A DNA stretch of 64,000 nt from the human T2T-CHM13v2.0 reference genome, Homo sapiens, in assembly GCF_009914755.1 (NCBI RefSeq), contig NC_060935.1. One strand, 5' to 3'. The notes below the pieces were generated by a model that searched no databases, was not told the origin of the DNA, and saw only the letters and a list, made by a program, of their open reading frames with translations. Shown one piece after another: positions 50,459 to 63,431 of this stretch (position 1 is its first letter; each line of letters starts with the position of its first letter). Made by a program: the position numbers and the translations under genes.

Positions 50459-50650
50459 CATTCTACAATAGCCTCACAGTCCCGTCTAGAACATTCTGCA
50501 ACAGCCTCACAGTCCCCCTAGAACATTCCACAGCAGCTCCATAATCCCCTCCAGAACATTCTGCAACAGCCCCATGATCCCCTCTAGAACATTCCACAAT
50601 AGCCTCACAGGTCCCCTGTAGAACATTCCACCACAGCCCCATGATCCCCT
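50459..50650. repeat. Minisatellite, about 32-34 bp unit (tagaacattccacaatagcctcacagtcccc), about 6 copies
   Basis: Tandem array ending 10 nt before TSPAN32 exon 9. Confidence 0.88.
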
Positions 50651-50660
50651 TGCTCCTCAG

Positions 50661-50842
50661 AGCATGTGGCCGCCAGCCCCAGGAGCCCAGCCTCTTGAGA
50701 TGCTCCCAGGGTGGACCCACACATTGTCTCCACTCCGAAGCAGTTGCTATTGGTCCAAGAGGATGCTCGGGTAGTCTTCGGTGGCTGCAGGAGAGCGATG
50801 CTGCGCCTCTGCCCCTCTCCTGCCACCTGGCTGCCCACAGAG
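50661..50842 (+). CDS. TSPAN32: Tetraspanin-32 exon 9 (cytoplasmic tail)
   Basis: ctcctcAG|...AG|GTGAAG; ACGRQPQEPSLLRCSQ...HLAAHR. Confidence 0.88.
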
Positions 50843-51102
50843 GTGAAGACGCCCCTGCTGTCAGCCCTCATGGGATCCCTGAGGGGAGGGTCCGAGCTGT
50901 GAGGAGGGAAGGGAGTGAAGGCCCAGCCAGAGAGCCAGGCTCCATTGGGAACAGATGCAAGGGTAAGGGGTAGCTCACCAAATCCCTCCATGGGAACGGG
51001 CTGGGAGCAAGCACAAAGGAAACCACACTGGAGGCAGCAGCCCAGGGCAGACTGCAAGACACTGGTGGCCCACGGCCTGGAGGGCTCCACCCAGACACAA
51101 GC

Positions 51103-51412
51103 TGCACTGGTTTTCTATGCTGCGTAAGAAGCAGCATGGATGTAAGGACTGCAAGCAGTGCCCATTTATGATCTCGCAGCTCTCCAGGGCAGAAGTCGCG
51201 GTGGGCTCAGTGGGTGCCCTGAGCGGGGTCTCTCAGACTGACGTCAGGCCTTGGTGGGCTGCACTCTCACCTGGAGGCTCCGGGGAAGCATCTGCCTCCA
51301 GGACCATTCAGGCTGTTGACAAGTCAACTCCTCATGGCTGTAGGACTGAGGTTCCCAAGTCCTTGTCCCTGGTCCTGTGGTCCCTCCACCTTCAAACCAG
51401 CAATGGTGCATT
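51103..51412 (-). mobile_element. MLT1 (MLT1D/E/F-like) MaLR LTR overlapping TSPAN32 exon 10
   Basis: tgcactggttttctatgctgc, atttatgatctcgcag, ctggaggctccggggaagcatctgcctcca, cattcaggctgttg, gctgtaggactgagg and cctccaccttcaaaccagcaa follow the antisense MLT1 consensus in order. Confidence 0.7.
51180..51241 (+). CDS. TSPAN32: Tetraspanin-32 exon 10, coding part to TGA
   Basis: ctcgcAG|; ALQGRSRGGLSGCPERGLSD*. The ten exons sum to 963 nt = 320 aa + stop. Confidence 0.85.
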
Positions 51413-51419
51413 GAGCAAA

Positions 51420-51762
51420 TTGTGGTCAAATATACATCACATCAAATTTACCATCTTAACCATTGTTAAGTGTATGGTTTGTGGCATTAAATACATTCAC
51501 ATTGTTGTGCAACCATCACCACCATCTATCTCCAGAACTTTCCATCTTCTCAAGCTGAACCTCTGTCCCCAGTAAACACCAACTCCCATTCTCTGCCCCG
51601 GTCCCTGGCACCCACCATCCACTTTTCGTCTCTATGGATTCAGCTGCTCCAGGAACCTCATATGTGTGGGGTCACACAGGATTCATCCTTTTGTGTCTGG
51701 TTTATGTCACTTACTGTTATGTCCATAAGGTCCATCCGTGTTGTAGCCTGTGTCAGAATTCT
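51420..51762 (-). mobile_element. Old L1 3' end (L1MA/MB-like), antisense
   Basis: aaatttaccatcttaaccattgttaagtgta...gtggcattaaatacattcacattgttgtgcaaccatcaccaccatc. Confidence 0.85.
51486..51491 (+). terminator. Probable TSPAN32 poly(A) signal ATTAAA
   Basis: First canonical-type hexamer after the stop, followed by GT-rich ttgttgtg. Confidence 0.6.
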
Positions 51763-52088
51763 TGAAAGAGAAATCTTATCAGCTTTCCCATCATCTCACA
51801 GCCACATGGTCCGTGATTAAGGCGGGACATTTAGTGGGAAGCGTGGAGCATTTTAGATATTCTGCCTGCCACACCCACTCTTACTGGACGTTCAGACCAC
51901 GTTGATGACGAATTAGCTCTAATGGTCCCTAAATGTTTGCACAATTTGCTCAAAATTCTAAGTCCTGGGTGGAACGCCAAGTTGGCCCAGCCTAGGCCAA
52001 GGTCCTAATGAAGCCGACAAAAGAGAAGGAATGTCAAGGCCCTTCTAACTTCCATAGAGGGTGTGTGGCCCCATCTCCCACCAACAAT

Positions 52089-52862
<774 letters not shown>

Positions 52863-52866
52863 TTTA

Positions 52867-52923
<57 letters not shown>

Positions 52924-53829
52924 CATATATACACATATATGACTAACTAAATAAATAAATGCTAATAAATAAAATAAATAAATTAAAATAAATCTCCAAA
53001 CTAGAAGAGTAAGGACTAACAGGGCCAAGAGGTAAACTTTTGTGAATGTTCCAACCATAAGTGCTGCCCTCACTCTCACCCGTAGGCCCCTGGCCTGTGG
53101 ATTCTGGTTTAGGGGAACGGCACCATTCACCAGGGTCCAGGGTCATATGCTGTAGGACTCTCTGCAGTCTTGTGGTGGCATCTTCCAGCTGAGCTCCTAA
53201 ATAATCCTGAGTGGTCCTGAGAAGCCAGATCACCATCCCACAGGGCTGGGTCCTGTGGAGGGACAGGGTACATGGAACCCTAGTGAATCCCATGGGGTCT
53301 CCCCACTGCCCTGTCCTTTGGCTGTAAAGGCGATGCCTTGGCTGGAAACAGCAGTACGTGCAGGAGCAGGCAGTAGGCTGGGAAGGAAAGTGCCGGTGCC
53401 GGAGGAAGCAGTGCTAGTGGAGGGGAGTGGGTCCAGATCAAGAAGGGTTAAGTGCAGTCATCTTTCCCATCATCTCATAGTTGCACGGTCCAGGGATGAA
53501 GACAGGACAGTTAGCAAGGAGAGGGGAACCGGATCATTTAAGACCACAGCTGGAAGATGTCCCTGAATGTTTGCACAATTTGTTGAAGGTTCTAAGTCCC
53601 GGGTCGAACACCAAGTTGGCCCAGCCTAGGCTGAGGCCCTAATGTAGCTTGGCTAACAAGGGAGAAGGAATGTTGGGGCCCTTCTAACCTCCATAGGGGG
53701 GTGTGGCCCCCCATGAAGTGGAAATAGTGCCAGTGGGGGAGCATCAAGGAGCAGGGCCATATCCTGTAGGACTTCACTGCAGTCTTGCGGTGGCATCTCC
53801 CAGCTGTGCTCCTAAATGATCCTGTCCCC

Positions 53830-54930
53830 TCCGCACTAAATGTCCTCCCTTCGTCCCTGGGAAAAGCTAGACCCTCTCCATGAAGGAAGGCGTCCAAAGC
53901 CAGTCAGCCCTTGGCCAGGTGACCGATCGGTCTCCCATGAGATGTGGTGTGCTTCTGCGGGGCGGGACGGCACACTGCTGACCTTGATCGGGCATCGGCT
54001 GCAGTGCAGGGGTGTCTGGAAGAGCTTGGTAAGCTGAGTCCCTGTGGCTGGGCCACGGCAGCTCCCCTCCCCTCCATGTCTGCCTCAGGGCAGCAACAGC
54101 TCCCTTGGGGCAGAGGCTGCCTGTCTGCCACGGGTTCCAAGAACCTTATTAGAGTACAGTACCCCATGCGCTTGACAGTATGCCCAGCCTGTCCAGCTAC
54201 AGGACTCAGCAGACAAACAACACCCAGGTCAGACTACACCTGATGCCCATAGACAGGGCTCAGTCTCCACCCAGGCCCAGGGGAAACCGAGCGCTGTATA
54301 TCCAAGCGAGAAGAGGTCCTGGACACAGAGGGCAAACTCTGCTCTCCTCGACGGGCACTGTGGCCTCCACCATGGCTTGGCTCAGGCTCCGAGGGCGCCT
54401 TGGTCAGCCAAGACCCCAAGAGGACCCTTAGGTCCCTGGGTCACTACTGAGTGGCTCAGTCCACACAGGAACAAGACCACATGGGCATCGTCACTGGCTG
54501 TGCCTCCTGCAGAAAGCAGGCCACCCCCTGGCGTGCCTGGACACAGGGGAAGCACACACCCAAATGCAGGCTGTGTTTCCTCCAAAGAGTGCTGCGCACG
54601 GATGACTCAGGGTGCAGGACTGGTCCTTCACCACCACGGAGTAGGCATGCCCGGCTTCGTTGGACCCCAGAGAGAGCTTCAGGAGAAAGCAGGAGTCTCT
54701 GTTTTTACAGGGTTTCCTTCTCACCCTGCCACTCATGGTTTTTGTTAAAGCAACCTACAACTTCCTCACCTCCAGGTCATATCAGCCCAATGTCCTGTGG
54801 GCTGGGGAGACGGTCAAGGTCCACATGGGCTAAATTGTGGCTGAGAGCTAGGGTATTCATGTAATCCCAAGGCAGGTCCACGCTGCTGTCCCTCCCAGGT
54901 GAGAGCAAACCACCTTTATGGTTTTCTATA
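53830..54930 (-). mobile_element. Degenerate ERVL pol relic, antisense
   Basis: Minus-strand translation DYMNTLALSHNLAHVDLDRLPSPQDI resembles ERVL [28 protein letters not shown]. Boundaries approximate. Confidence 0.6.
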
Positions 54931-55037
54931 TGTTGGGATAGACTGAAAAACAACAACAAAACAGGTGTTTGCTGGCGAAATAGCTGCTTGCCAGTACAAA
55001 TGCCTGTGCTGATTTGTTCCAATTAAGAAGAAAACTG

Positions 55038-55147
55038 GTGCTTGCTTCAGCCACACATACACTAAAATTGGAACCATACAGAGAAGATTAGCATGGTCCT
55101 CCCTGTGCAAGGATGGCACGCAAATTCTTGATGCATTCCATATTTTT
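55038..55147 (+). pseudogene. Full-length U6 snRNA retropseudogene (5' part of a U6-L1 chimera)
   Basis: gtgcttgcttcag...ctaaaattggaac.atacagagaagattagcatgg...gcaaggatg.cacgcaaattc.tga.gc.ttccatattttt. ACAGAGA box present, many substitutions, no evident PSE/TATA upstream. Confidence 0.95.
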
Positions 55148-57321
55148 GGAACATACCTCAAAATAATAAGAGCCATATATGACAAACCCACAACCAATAT
55201 CGTACTGAATGGGCAAAAGCTGGAAGCGTTCCCCTTGAAAACCAGCGCAAGACAAGGATGTCCTCTCTCACCACTCCTATTTAACATAGTAGTGGGAAGT
55301 TCTGGCCAGGGCAATCAGACAAGGGAAAGAAATAAAAAGTATTCAAATAGGAAGAGAGGAAGTCAAACTATCTTTATTTGCAGATAACATGATCCTATAT
55401 CTAGAAAACCCCATCATCTCAGCCCAAAAGCTTCTTAAGCTGATAAGCAACATCAGCAAAGTCTCAGGATACAAAATCAATGTGCAAAAATCGCTAGCAT
55501 TCCTGTACACCAACAACAGGCAAGCCAAATTAACTCTCATTCACAATTGCCAGAAAAAGAATAAAATACTTAGGAATACAGCTAAGAAGGGATGTAAAGG
55601 ACCTCTTCAAGGAGAACTACAAATCACTGCTCAAAGAAATCAGAGATAACACAAACAAATGGAAAAACATTCCATGCTCATGGATAGGAAGAATCAATAT
55701 CATGAAAATGGCCTCACTGCCCAAAGCAATTTATGGATTCAATGCTATTCCCATTAAACTACCATTGACATTCTTCACAGAATTAGAAAAACTATTTTAA
55801 AATTCATATGGAATCAAAAAAGAGCCTGAATAGCCAAGGCAATCCTAAGCAAAAAGAAAAATGCTAGAGGCATCATGCTACCCAACTTCAAACTATACTA
55901 CAGGAATACAATAACCAAAACAGCATGGCACTGGTACAAGAACAGATACGTAGACCGATGGAACAGAATAAAGAACACAGAAATAAAACTGCACACCTGC
56001 AACCATCTGATCTTTGACAAACCTGACAAAAATAAGCAATGGGGAAAGGATTCCCTATTTAATAAATGGAGCTGTGAGAACTGGCTAGCCATATGCAGAA
56101 AATTGAAACTGGACCCCTTCCTTACACCATATATAAAAATCAACTCAAGGTGGATTAAAAACGTAAATGTAAAACCCAAAACTTTAAAAACCCTAGACAA
56201 AAACCTAGGCAATACCATTCAAGACACAGGCATGGGCAAAGATTTCATAACAAAGACACCAAAAGCAATTGCAACATAAGCAAAAATTGACAAATGGGAT
56301 CTAATTAAACTAAAGAGCTTCTGCACAGCAAAAGAAACTATAAACAGAGTAAACACACAACCTAAGGAATGGGAGAAAATTTTTGCAACCTATGCATCTG
56401 ACAAAGGTCTAATATCCAGTGTCTATAAGGAACATAAACAAATGTACAAGAAAACAAACAAACAAACAAACAAACCCATTAAAAAAGTGGGCAAAGGACT
56501 TGAGCAGATACTTCTCACAAGATGACATACACGCGGCCAACATTTGAAAAAAAGCTCAACATCACTGACCATTAGCAAAATGCAAATGAAAACCACAATG
56601 AAATACTATCCCACACCAGTCAGAATGGCCATTATTAAAAAGTCAAAAAATAACAGATGCTGGTGAGGTTGTGGAGAAAAAGGAATGCTTTTACACTACT
56701 GGCAGGAGTGTAAATTAGTTCAACCATTGTGGAAGACAGTGTGATAATTCCTCAAAAACCTAGAGGCAGAAATATCATTCTACCCAGCAATCCCATTGCT
56801 AGGTATATACCCAAAGGAATATAAATTGTTCTGCCATAAAGACACATGCACGTGTATGTTCACTTCAGCACAATTCACAATAGCCAAGACATGGAATCAA
56901 GCCAACTGCTCATCAATGATAGACTGGATAAAGAAAATGTGGTACATATACACCATGTAGTACTACGCAGCCATAAAAAGAAATGAGTTCATGTCCTTTG
57001 CAGGGACATGGATGGAGCTGGAGGCCATTATCTTCAGCAAACTGACACAGGAACAGAAAACCAAATACCGCACGTTCTCACTTATAAGTGGGAGCTAGAT
57101 GATGAGAACACAAGGACACATGGGGGGAAACAACACACAGTGGGACCTGTTGTTGGGTTGGGGGTGGGAGGAGGGAGAGCATCAGGAAGAATAGCTAATG
57201 GATGCTGGGCTGAATACCTGGGCGATGGAATGATCTGTGCAGCAAACCGCCATGGCACATGTTTACCTATGTAACAAACCTGCACATCCTGCACATGTAC
57301 CCCTGAACTTGAAAGCTGGAA
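55148..57321 (+). mobile_element. 5'-truncated primate L1 (L1PA, older subfamily), ORF2 3' half plus 3' UTR
   Basis: ORF2 peptides [21 protein letters not shown] and LPNFKLYY...TAWHWYKNR. 3' UTR ...gtaacaaacctgcacatcctgcacatgtacccctgaactt. Frameshifted. Confidence 0.95.
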
Positions 57322-57341
57322 TTTTTTTTTTTTTTTTTTTA

Positions 57342-58260
57342 CTTTTTAAACTCTTTTGTTAAAAACTAAGACACAAACACACATAGCCTCGGCCTGCACA
57401 GGGTCAGAATCATCAGTTTCACTGTCTTTCACTGTCACATCTTGACCAGTTTTGTGACCGGAAGGTCTTCATGGGCAGTGACATGCATGCAACTGTCATC
57501 TCCTGTGATAGCAATGCCTTCTTCTGGATACCTCCTGAAGAAACTGCCTGAGGTTGTTTTACATTTAACTTGTTTTATATATAAGTAGAAGGAGTACACT
57601 CAAAAAGTATAGTAAATACATAAACGAGTAACGTAGTTGTTTGTTATCATTGTCAAGTACTGTGTGCTGTGCATAAATATATGTGCCAGATTTTTATATG
57701 ACTGGCAGCACGGCAGGTTTACTTACACCAGCATTGCCACAAAACACAGGAGTAATTGATACAGTTTGGCTGTTTCCCCACCGACATCTCATCTTGAATC
57801 GTAATTCCCATAATCCCCATGTGTTCTGAAAGGGACCCGGTGGGAGGTAATTGAATCATGGAGGTGGTTACCCCCATGCTGTTCTCGTGATAGTGAGTGA
57901 GTTCTCACAAGATCTGATGGTTTTATAGGGAGTTTTTCCCCCTTTCATTTGGCACTTCTCCTTGCTGCTGCCATGTGAAGAAAGACCTGTTTGCTCCCCC
58001 TTCCACCATGATTGTAAGTTTCCTGAGGCCTCCTCAGCCATGCTTAACTGTGAGTCAATTAAACCTCTTTCCTTTATAAATTACCCAAGTTCGGGTATGT
58101 CTTTATTAGCAATGTGAGGATGGACTAATACAAAATGCATTGTGCTACAACATCATTAGGTGATAGGAATTTTTCAGCTCCACTATAATCTTATGGGACC
58201 ACTATCACACATGTACCCGTTCTTGACCAAAGCATCCTCATGCTGTGCACAACTGTACTC
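57342..58260. mobile_element. Tigger3-like (TcMar) DNA transposon fragment, interrupted by a THE1 LTR
   Basis: ttgttaaaaactaagacacaaacacac...gcaatgccttcttctggatacctcctgaag...aggaatttttcagctccactataatcttatgggaccac. Confidence 0.75.
57757..58132 (+). mobile_element. THE1-family solo LTR (376 bp)
   Basis: tgatacagtttggctgtttcccc...aattaaacctctttcctttataaattaccca...ggactaataca, with TG...CA ends. Confidence 0.9.
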
Positions 58261-58384
58261 AGCCACCGGCTGAGTCCCCACATTGGTTTCCTGACGTGTG
58301 GGGTGAGGGCCACTATTGTGGGCCAACTGGAAGCCATTAGAGGTGCCTCTACCTAGAAAAATAGTCAAAAGCGATACAATAATA

Positions 58385-60115
58385 GTCAGTCAAAAGCTGC
58401 ATTTCCAGAGGAATTTCAGAGGTTAGTGCCACCATCAAATACCTGAAAGATGCAGGGGCAGTGATCCCCACCACAGCCCCATTCCACTCACCTATTTGGC
58501 CAGTAGGGAAGACAGGCGGGTCCTGGAGAATGACAAGGGATTGTCCTAAGCTTGACTCCAACTGCAGCTGCTGGGCCAGATTTGGTTCCATTGCTTGAGC
58601 AAATTAGCTCATCTCTTGCTACCTGGTGTGCAGTTATTGATCTGGCGAATGTGTCCTTCTCCACCCCTGTCCACAAGGCCCAGCAGAAGCCAGGCCAGCA
58701 ATGCACCCTCACTGTCCCACCTCAGGGGCCTCTCGCCTCTCCAGCCTGTGTCAGAGGTAATCCTCAGGGGTCTGGATCACCCTTCCCTTCCCCGGCATGT
58801 CACACTGGCCCATTACACTGATGACATTATGCTAACTGGACATAAGGCACAAGAAGCAGCAATTATTCTATACTTGTTGGTGTCAGAGGGTGGGAAATAA
58901 ATCCAACTAAAATTCAGAACCTTCTACCTCGGTGAAATTTTTAGGAGTCTAGTGCTGTGGGGCCTGCTCTAAGGTGATACATAGATTGTTGCAACTGAAC
59001 CCTCCCACGATCAAAAGAGAACGACACCAGGTGAGCCCGTTTGATGTGAGGAAGACAGGTTCTTCCTCATTTAGGTGTCTGACTCTGGCCCATTTACTGA
59101 GTGATTTGAAAAGCTGCTAGTTTTGAATGTGGCCCAGCAGCAGGTCCAGGCTCTGTGCAAGCTGTTCTGCCACCTGGGCCAATGACCCAGCAGATCCAGT
59201 CTGAGGTGTCAGTGGCAGACAGGGACACTGTGTAGAGCCTTTGCCAAGCCCCAGTAGGTGACTCATAGCTCAGGCCCTTACAGTTTTGGAGCAAGGCCCT
59301 GTCATCATCCACAGATAACCACTCCGTTTTGAGAAACAGGTTTTGGACTGTGTATTAGTCTGTTTCACACTGCTATAAAGATATTACCTGAGACTGGGTA
59401 ATTTATAAAGAAAAGGGGGTTAGTTGACTCACTGTTCTGCATGGCTGGGGAGGCCTCAGGAAACTTACAATCATGGCGGAAGGGAAAGCAGACACATTTT
59501 ACATGGCGGCCAGTGGGAGAAGAATGAGCAAGACAGGAACTACCAAAACTTATAAAACCATCAGATCTCGTGAGAACTCACTCATTGTCATGAGGACAGC
59601 ATGGAGGAAACAGCCCCCACGATCCAGTCACCTCTGGCCAGGTCTCTCCCTTAACACCTGGGGATTACAATTCAAGATGAGATTTGGGTGGGGACACAAA
59701 GCCTAATCATATCAGCCTGTGTCTAGGTCTTCATAGAAACTAAACACTTGACCAAGGGCCACCAAGTTACCACATGGCCTGAGCTGCCCATCATGATCTG
59801 GGGATTATCTGACCCATGTTGCTATAAAGTTGGGCGTGCACAGCAGCGCTCCATTTGAATGAAAGTGATGTATTGTGATCAGGCTCAAGCAGGTCCTGAA
59901 GGCAAAAGTAGGTTACGTGAAGAAGTGGCCCAAATGCCTGTGGCCCCCACTCCTGCTCCAGGTGCCTTCTCTCTCCCCACCTGCATCTGTTGCTGCACAG
60001 GGAGGTCCCTCTCATCAATTGACATGGGAAGAGAAGACTCAGGCCATACTTACAGGTGGTCTGCTCGATATGCAGGTGCTATCAGAAAATGGACAGCTGC
60101 AGCCCTACAGCCCCT
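58385..60115 (+). mobile_element. Degenerate ERVL (HERV-L-like) pol relic: RT and RNase H
   Basis: Peptides [17 protein letters not shown]...WCAVIDLANVSFSTPVHKA and HVTLAHYTDDIMLTG (YIDD motif decayed to YTDD). Confidence 0.85.
59351..59714 (-). mobile_element. MSTA/THE1D-like MaLR LTR inserted in ERVL pol
   Basis: tgtattagtctgtttcacactgctataaag...ggaggcctcaggaaacttacaatcatggcggaagg...gatttgggtggggacaca...atatca. Confidence 0.88.
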
Positions 60116-60119
60116 GCGG

Positions 60120-62042
60120 CAGAGGCAAAGGATGGAAAATTCCATTCCAAACACGAGAAATGGGAAGGAAAGGACTAACTGAGCATGACCAAATCCAAAA
60201 CCCAACAGGACAAAATTAAATCTTAAAGCTGAAGAATAATTTTCTTTGACTCTTTGTCCTACCTTCTGGACACACTGGGGCAAGGCTCCTGGTGGCCCCA
60301 CTCCTACGGCTTTGTGTGCCTGTGGCTTTCCCAGGCTGGTGGTGCATGCTGGTGGCTCTACAGGTCCCGAGTGTCCTCTGCTCCCTTGGCACCACTACAC
60401 ATTGTCCTGTGGGGACTCTCCATGGCCCAAACCTGTAGCAGTTCTCGGCCTGGGCCCCAGGGTCTCCATGACACCCAGTGGAATCCAGGAGCAGGAACTT
60501 TTCCTCCACAGCACGTGCACTCCGTGCATCTGCAGAGCTGGCACCGTGCTGACACCATCGAGGTTTACCGCCTGCGCCTTCTGGGCTGGCAGCCCAAGGA
60601 ACACCTGTACCCACGTGAGCCTCCATGGGGGTGGGCCAGGAGTGATGCACCAGCTTGCAGGGAGGAACAGAGATTGAGGCAAGTCTGGGCAGCACGCCCC
60701 GAGGCCTCATGGAGGCCCTGGGCCCTTCTTTTGAAGCCATTCTGCCCTCAAGACCCCGGCACCCTGAGCCTGTGATGGGCATGACAGTCTGGAAGGTCTC
60801 GGAAATGCCTTGGGGGTCATTCTCCCATTGTCTTGATGAGCAGCTTCTGACCTCCTTCTACCCATACTAATCTCCTTATCCAAATTTGCTTGACTACACC
60901 CTTGCTATTCTCTCCTGAACATGCTTTCTTATTCTTTTTTTTTTTATTATTATACTTTAAGTTTTAGGGTACATGTGCACAATGCGCAGGTTAGTTACAT
61001 ATGTATACATGTGCCATGCTGGTGTGCTGCACCCATTAACTCGTCATTTAGCATTAGGTATATCTCCTAATGCTATCCCTCCCCGCTCCCCCCACCCCAA
61101 AACGGGCCCCAGAGGGTGATGTTCCCCTTGACGTGGGCAGGCTAAGAGTTTTCCAAGTCTTTAAGTTTTGTTTCCTTTCTATTATCAATTCTTTAACTCA
61201 TTTCTCTTTTCTCGCCTTTTGCTATAAGCGGTCAACAGAAGTCATGCAGTACCCGGAGTGCTTTGCTTAGAGATTTCTTCCAACAAATATTCTAGTTCAT
61301 CGCTTTTAAATTCTGCCTCCCACAAAGCCCCAGGGCATGGACACAATTCAGCCAAGTTCTTTGCCACTTTGTAAGAGGGACAGCCCTCCCCCAGTTTCTA
61401 ATAAGATAGTTCTCATGTCTGTCTAAGACCTCACGAGAATGGCTTTGACTGTGTGGATCTCCACCAGCATTCTGATCACGACCACTGAGATCATTGCTAC
61501 CAGCCCAGAGGCTCTCTCTACAGCCCTGCCCTCCTCGGCCTGCACTGAAGTCACCTTAGCACCAACTCCGTTCGCAGGAGTGTGTGCTTTTCCAGCGTGC
61601 ACTTCAAAACGTTTCCAGCCTCTCCCGTGACCCGGTTCCGGCTCTGCTGCCACATTTTCAGGTGTTTGTTACAGCAACAGCCCCGCTTCCTGGTAGCAAT
61701 GTCTGTCTTAGCCTGTTTGTGCTGCTGTAACAAAGCACCATAGAATAGGTCATTTATACGTCATAGAAATTGATTGCTCACAGTTCCAGAGGCTGGGAAT
61801 CCTGCACTGCAGGTGATGTCTCGAGAGGACCTTCTTGCCGCATCCTCACATGGCAGAAAGGGAAAGGGCACACAGGCACCAAGCTCATTCCTCGCCCTTT
61901 TCTAAAGCACTGATCCCACCCAGGAGGGCGGAGCCCCCACGGCCTCATCGCCTTCCAAAGGCCCCACCTCTCACTACCGTTGCGTTGGGGACTTTTCAAC
62001 ATGAATTTTGGAGGGACACAAATATTCAGACCACAGTAAGCC
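60120..62042 (-). mobile_element. MaLR (MST-like) internal sequence plus LTR (about 61703-62042)
   Basis: attaaatcttaaagct..agaataat, gcttagagatttcttccaacaaatattctag, then LTR tgtcttagcctgtttgtgctgctgtaacaaa...catgaattttggagggacacaaatattcagaccacag. Confidence 0.8.
60935..61128 (-). mobile_element. Young L1PA (PA2-PA4-like) 3' tip, about 190 bp
   Basis: poly(T) + attatactttaagttttagggtacatgtgcacaatg.gcaggttagttacatatgtatacatgtgccatgctggtgtgctgcacccattaactcg. Confidence 0.92.
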
Positions 62043-63269
62043 ATGACTAATGCACACAGAAAACTGAAGTTTCAGGATGTATTTGCTCTCATTCCTCTCC
62101 ATCAACTCAATGGCAGCTGTCAGAAGGCTCTCAGACTTGAATGGGCCTTAATCCCATCTTTGTCTTCTGTTGATCGGTCCAAGTCAGGCATTTTATTGGG
62201 CCTTTGTCTCCCAAAGCTTGTTAAAATCCTAACTCTTGGAGCAGTTGGTTTTTCTGCCCTTGCGGTGCTCTGAATTTCTGGATCCATCTCTCTGTTCACT
62301 TTCATCTCTGCTTGTAAGCTGGGCCTTCTTTCTCAAGCTGGTCTCCGTCTCGTGTTGCGGGACCTAACACAAAACTCGCAATGTGGTGTTTTCCCACTTC
62401 GCCCCTTGTGCTCCTGGCTGAGCCTTCTTGTATTCAGCCTGCCAGGTCACCAGGAGTGATTTTAGCAAGTTTGCTGCTCCAGCTCCACCAAGTCCCCATC
62501 ACTCGGGCCCCCGGTGCCTGCTCTCTTGGCAGCAGCTGGGTTTGGGGGTTCCGACTGCTACCACAATACAGCCTGGCCTGTCCTGACTAATACAGAAGCA
62601 GGCTCTGTGAAGGAGGGTGCTGCCATAAGAAGAAACGCAAATTAACACGTATCTACACAGTCTCCGTGGTGCACAACAGTCAGCTTTTCCTGCTTATGTG
62701 TCTGGGCTCTGCTTGACTGATCTTGGCTGGGTGCATTCCCAAGACAGCAAGTCGTGGCTGGCCTCGGGCACAGGAAAGGGCGAGAGACTGGGGTCACAGA
62801 TACAATCTAGCATAGGGGGACAGATAACTCAATGTTTAAATTCATAGGGTGCTGGACCAAGAGAGGGCATATCCAAACCTGATGTGCTCATCCATCGGAG
62901 ATGCTGGGTCTGGAGAGGGTGTAGTGACTGGGTGGACTTTGGCAGGTCAACAGAGGGGTGGATGGCGGAACAGACGATACCATGTGTTCACCACACTGTT
63001 TCTTCCTCCTAGGCAAATGGAAAGACTGCATTTCCCAGTCACCTCTATGGTTAGTGTGGTTGCATGAGGGTCATGTGACCGAGTTCTGACCTGTGGGATA
63101 TGGGAGGAAGCAACGTAAGCTACTTCCCAATCGCCCTTCCCTTTCCAAGGTGACCTTACAGGACACACGTTCCCAAAGTCAGCTCAAAGATGAAGAGTCA
63201 CTTGACCACCATATGCAAGTGAAAAATAACCCCGAGACCTCAGGGGGTATTTGTTAACTGCAACGTAGC

Positions 63270-63425
63270 CTACTTTCAAAGCATGGTTCCTGGACCAGCT
63301 GCATCACCCGGGAATGCGGTAGAAATGCAGATTCTCAGGCCCTGCCCAGGCCTCCCAAATTAAGGATGCTGGGGTGGAGCCTAGCAATCTGCATCTAAAA
63401 AGCTCTCCAGGGCAATCTGAAGGCT
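63270..63425. mobile_element. MER5A-like hAT element
   Basis: cctggaccagctgcatcacccgggaa...tagaaatgcagattctcaggcc...ggggtggagcctagcaatctg. Confidence 0.75.
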
Positions 63426-63431
63426 GTTCCT

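Noticed and set aside
55038-55147. Functional U6 snRNA gene
   Set aside because: Many substitutions, a small insertion, no evident PSE/TATA upstream, and fused to L1.
58385-60115. Domesticated reverse transcriptase gene
   Set aside because: Frameshifts, stops, an LTR insertion and a decayed catalytic motif.
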